From contig AP039693.1 in NCBI GenBank assembly GCA_051599415.1, positions 496,001 through 560,000 on the forward strand: a DNA stretch of 64,000 nucleotides, in the 5' to 3' direction. Position numbers and translations under genes: made by a program. This DNA comes from Savitreella phatthalungensis (Eukaryota). Shown piece by piece: positions 62,262-64,000 of this stretch. Each line of letters opens with the position of its first letter. The first letter of the stretch is position 1. The notes under the pieces were generated by a model. The model worked only from the letters and a program-made list of their open reading frames with translations. It was not told the DNA's origin and ran no database searches.

Positions 62262-63482
62262 ATGGGGAAGGAAGAGAGTATTCCTCTGGGGTCAGTGACG
62301 GTGCGCGAGGTTGACAACCCTTACTCGCCCCCACATGCTTCATCATACCCGGCCGACAAGAAGACCGGCCTGCTCGAGGTCCCGGGCACTCCACCCTCCG
62401 GCGCCGGTACGGGCAACTTCCGAAGATCTTCGCTCTTCGTGAGTAGCGATGAGCTGGACGACTACGAGGACGGTGTGGAGCGTCTGTGGTCGCGGCTGTG
62501 GAACAGCATTGTGGGGCGCACGTTCATCTTCGTTCTCATCGGGACCGTGGTGTTGCTGGTGCTGCTGATCTCTGTGCCGATGTCTCCGATCAGCGTGTGG
62601 ACGTCGCGTGCAAACATGCTGAACGACAGCGACTGGTTTAGTAAATCAACGAACGCGACTTCCCAGCCGGGCTACAGCTCAGACACGCTCACCTGGCAGA
62701 GCGCGCTATCCGATGACCTATCCCTCAACCAGGTCTGGCTGCCTGGGACTCACGACTCGATCGCGCACACGGGCGGTGCGCAGTATGAGTGTCAGTCGCT
62801 CCCGCTCTCAGAGCAACTTGCAGCAGGCGTCCGCTCGTTCGATATTCGTCTAGCCCTCAACCAGAACAACACCCTCGACGGCTACCACGGCAAGATCAAC
62901 CAGGGCATCTCCTGGCCAACCATCCGTCGCACCATCTCCTACTTCCTAGGCAACCACACGTCCGAGTACGTCGTCGTCAAGGTCCAACAGGAGTGGACGA
63001 AGGCGACGCCTGCCGCCTTTGCCGCCAAGTTTTCCAACATCTCAGACACTGTGTTCTGGCGTGCTGGATGCGATCCGAATGGCCTTCCGACCGTTGGTGA
63101 CGTTCGCGGGAAGATTGTTTTCATGGCACGTGGATTCAGCGCGCCCGACGGCACATGCACGTACGATGACGTGGTCGAGTCTCAGGACGAGTACAACAGT
63201 GATGACTCGACGAAGGCTGCGCGCGTCCTCAATTTTGCAAGAGGTCTAGGTGCAGGATCTGTAGAAGAAGCGCCACACAACCACAGGTGGCGATTCAACT
63301 ACCTCTCCCTCCACAACAAGGTCGACCCACCGGCACTCGCAGCAGCCACACTAAACCTCCTCGTCGACAGCGTTACTGACACAGCAAACGCTCCACAATC
63401 AGTCATCCTAGACTACCCATCAGTCCTCGCCATCAAGACCATCATCAAGGCCAACTTCCCTCAATCTCCATCGTCAGCTTGA
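62262..63482 (+). CDS. Membrane-anchored PI-PLC X-domain (bacterial-type phosphatidylinositol phospholipase C-like) protein
   Basis: One TM (FIFVLIGTVVLLVLLISV), then WLPGTHDS, CQSLPLSEQLAAGVRSFDIRL, GYHG, EYVVVKVQQE, PTVGDVRGKIVF, QDEY. Confidence 0.82.
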   Translation: MGKEESIPLGSVTVREVDNPYSPPHASSYPADKKTGLLEVPGTPPSGAGTGNFRRSSLFVSSDELDDYEDGVERLWSRLWNSIVGRTFIFVLIGTVVLLVLLISVPMSPISVWTSRANMLNDSDWFSKSTNATSQPGYSSDTLTWQSALSDDLSLNQVWLPGTHDSIAHTGGAQYECQSLPLSEQLAAGVRSFDIRLALNQNNTLDGYHGKINQGISWPTIRRTISYFLGNHTSEYVVVKVQQEWTKATPAAFAAKFSNISDTVFWRAGCDPNGLPTVGDVRGKIVFMARGFSAPDGTCTYDDVVESQDEYNSDDSTKAARVLNFARGLGAGSVEEAPHNHRWRFNYLSLHNKVDPPALAAATLNLLVDSVTDTANAPQSVILDYPSVLAIKTIIKANFPQSPSSA

Positions 63483-63598
63483 AGAGATATGAAAAGGTAT
63501 AGGCATCTGTGTAAATATTCATGTACGTAAGTGTGGAATCAAAGCGTGGTAGCCCCTAGTTTCAGACACCACTGCGGTATGGACGGGGTAGGATGGTT

Positions 63599-64000
63599 TT
63601 ACTTGCGCTTGACACCTCCATTGAGGGCAACTGCTGCTGCTGACGATGGTGTACGCTTCTGCGTGATTGTACCTGCGGCTGGAGCTACTACTGGTGCTGT
63701 GCTGTGGATGGATGAAGTTGCTCCAGGGATTCGACGACGGATGAGTGCGAGGTCGTCTTCGATATCGTTGTGCTTTGCGCCATCGAGCATCGTCCTCACG
63801 AGTTTTTCACGCTCTCGCTCGATTCTGTCTCTGGCTCGATCCTCTGCGCCGGCACCGCTGTAGCCCTTCCGCTGGCGGATCTGGTCACCCAGGCGAACCA
63901 GCATCTCGTCAAGCTGTGTCCGAGTCTCCATCACACCACCACGCCCGCCAACAGGGTACCGCGGACCACCCACCCCGACCACACCGTTCCCAAAGCCAAA
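63599..64000 (-). CDS. 3' end of an unidentified protein entering from beyond the window
   Basis: Frame is open from the window edge to TAA at 63599; contains a charged helical segment (DRARDRIEREREKLVRTML). Confidence 0.55.
   Translation of the reverse strand, partial: FGFGNGVVGVGGPRYPVGGRGGVMETRTQLDEMLVRLGDQIRQRKGYSGAGAEDRARDRIEREREKLVRTMLDGAKHNDIEDDLALIRRRIPGATSSIHSTAPVVAPAAGTITQKRTPSSAAAVALNGGVKRK

Overview
Gene-dense, intron-poor fungal (ascomycete) chromosomal segment with about 35 protein-coding genes, short GT-AG introns (52-89 nt, CTRAY-type branch sites) and very short intergenic spacers. Having both respiratory complex I subunits and molybdenum cofactor genes in so compact a genome fits a non-Schizosaccharomyces Taphrinomycotina-like yeast (inference only). 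Most genes are housekeeping (MTG2, ECT1, MRP2, SEC65, PRP18, MRPS28, COQ3, BIR1, DEG1, MED7, IST1, TAM41, APS2, RPN6, SNF12, TOP2, SPB4). The right-hand third is accessory-like: transporters, a GPCR, bli-3 and a PI-PLC. Most notable: (1) a bicistronic MOCS1A/MOCS1B locus in which a predicted 52-nt intron removes the MoaA stop and rebuilds the Gly-Gly codons in frame with MoaC; (2) a secreted, possibly GPI-anchored protein with Kex2-flanked tandem His-containing peptides; (3) a three-exon complex I NDUFB4 gene and an Obg GTPase, both missing from the ORF track; (4) a hexamer-based minisatellite open in three frames; (5) a MutL homolog with a degenerate, truncated C-terminal domain. No rRNA, tRNA, CRISPR array or intact transposon was recognised.
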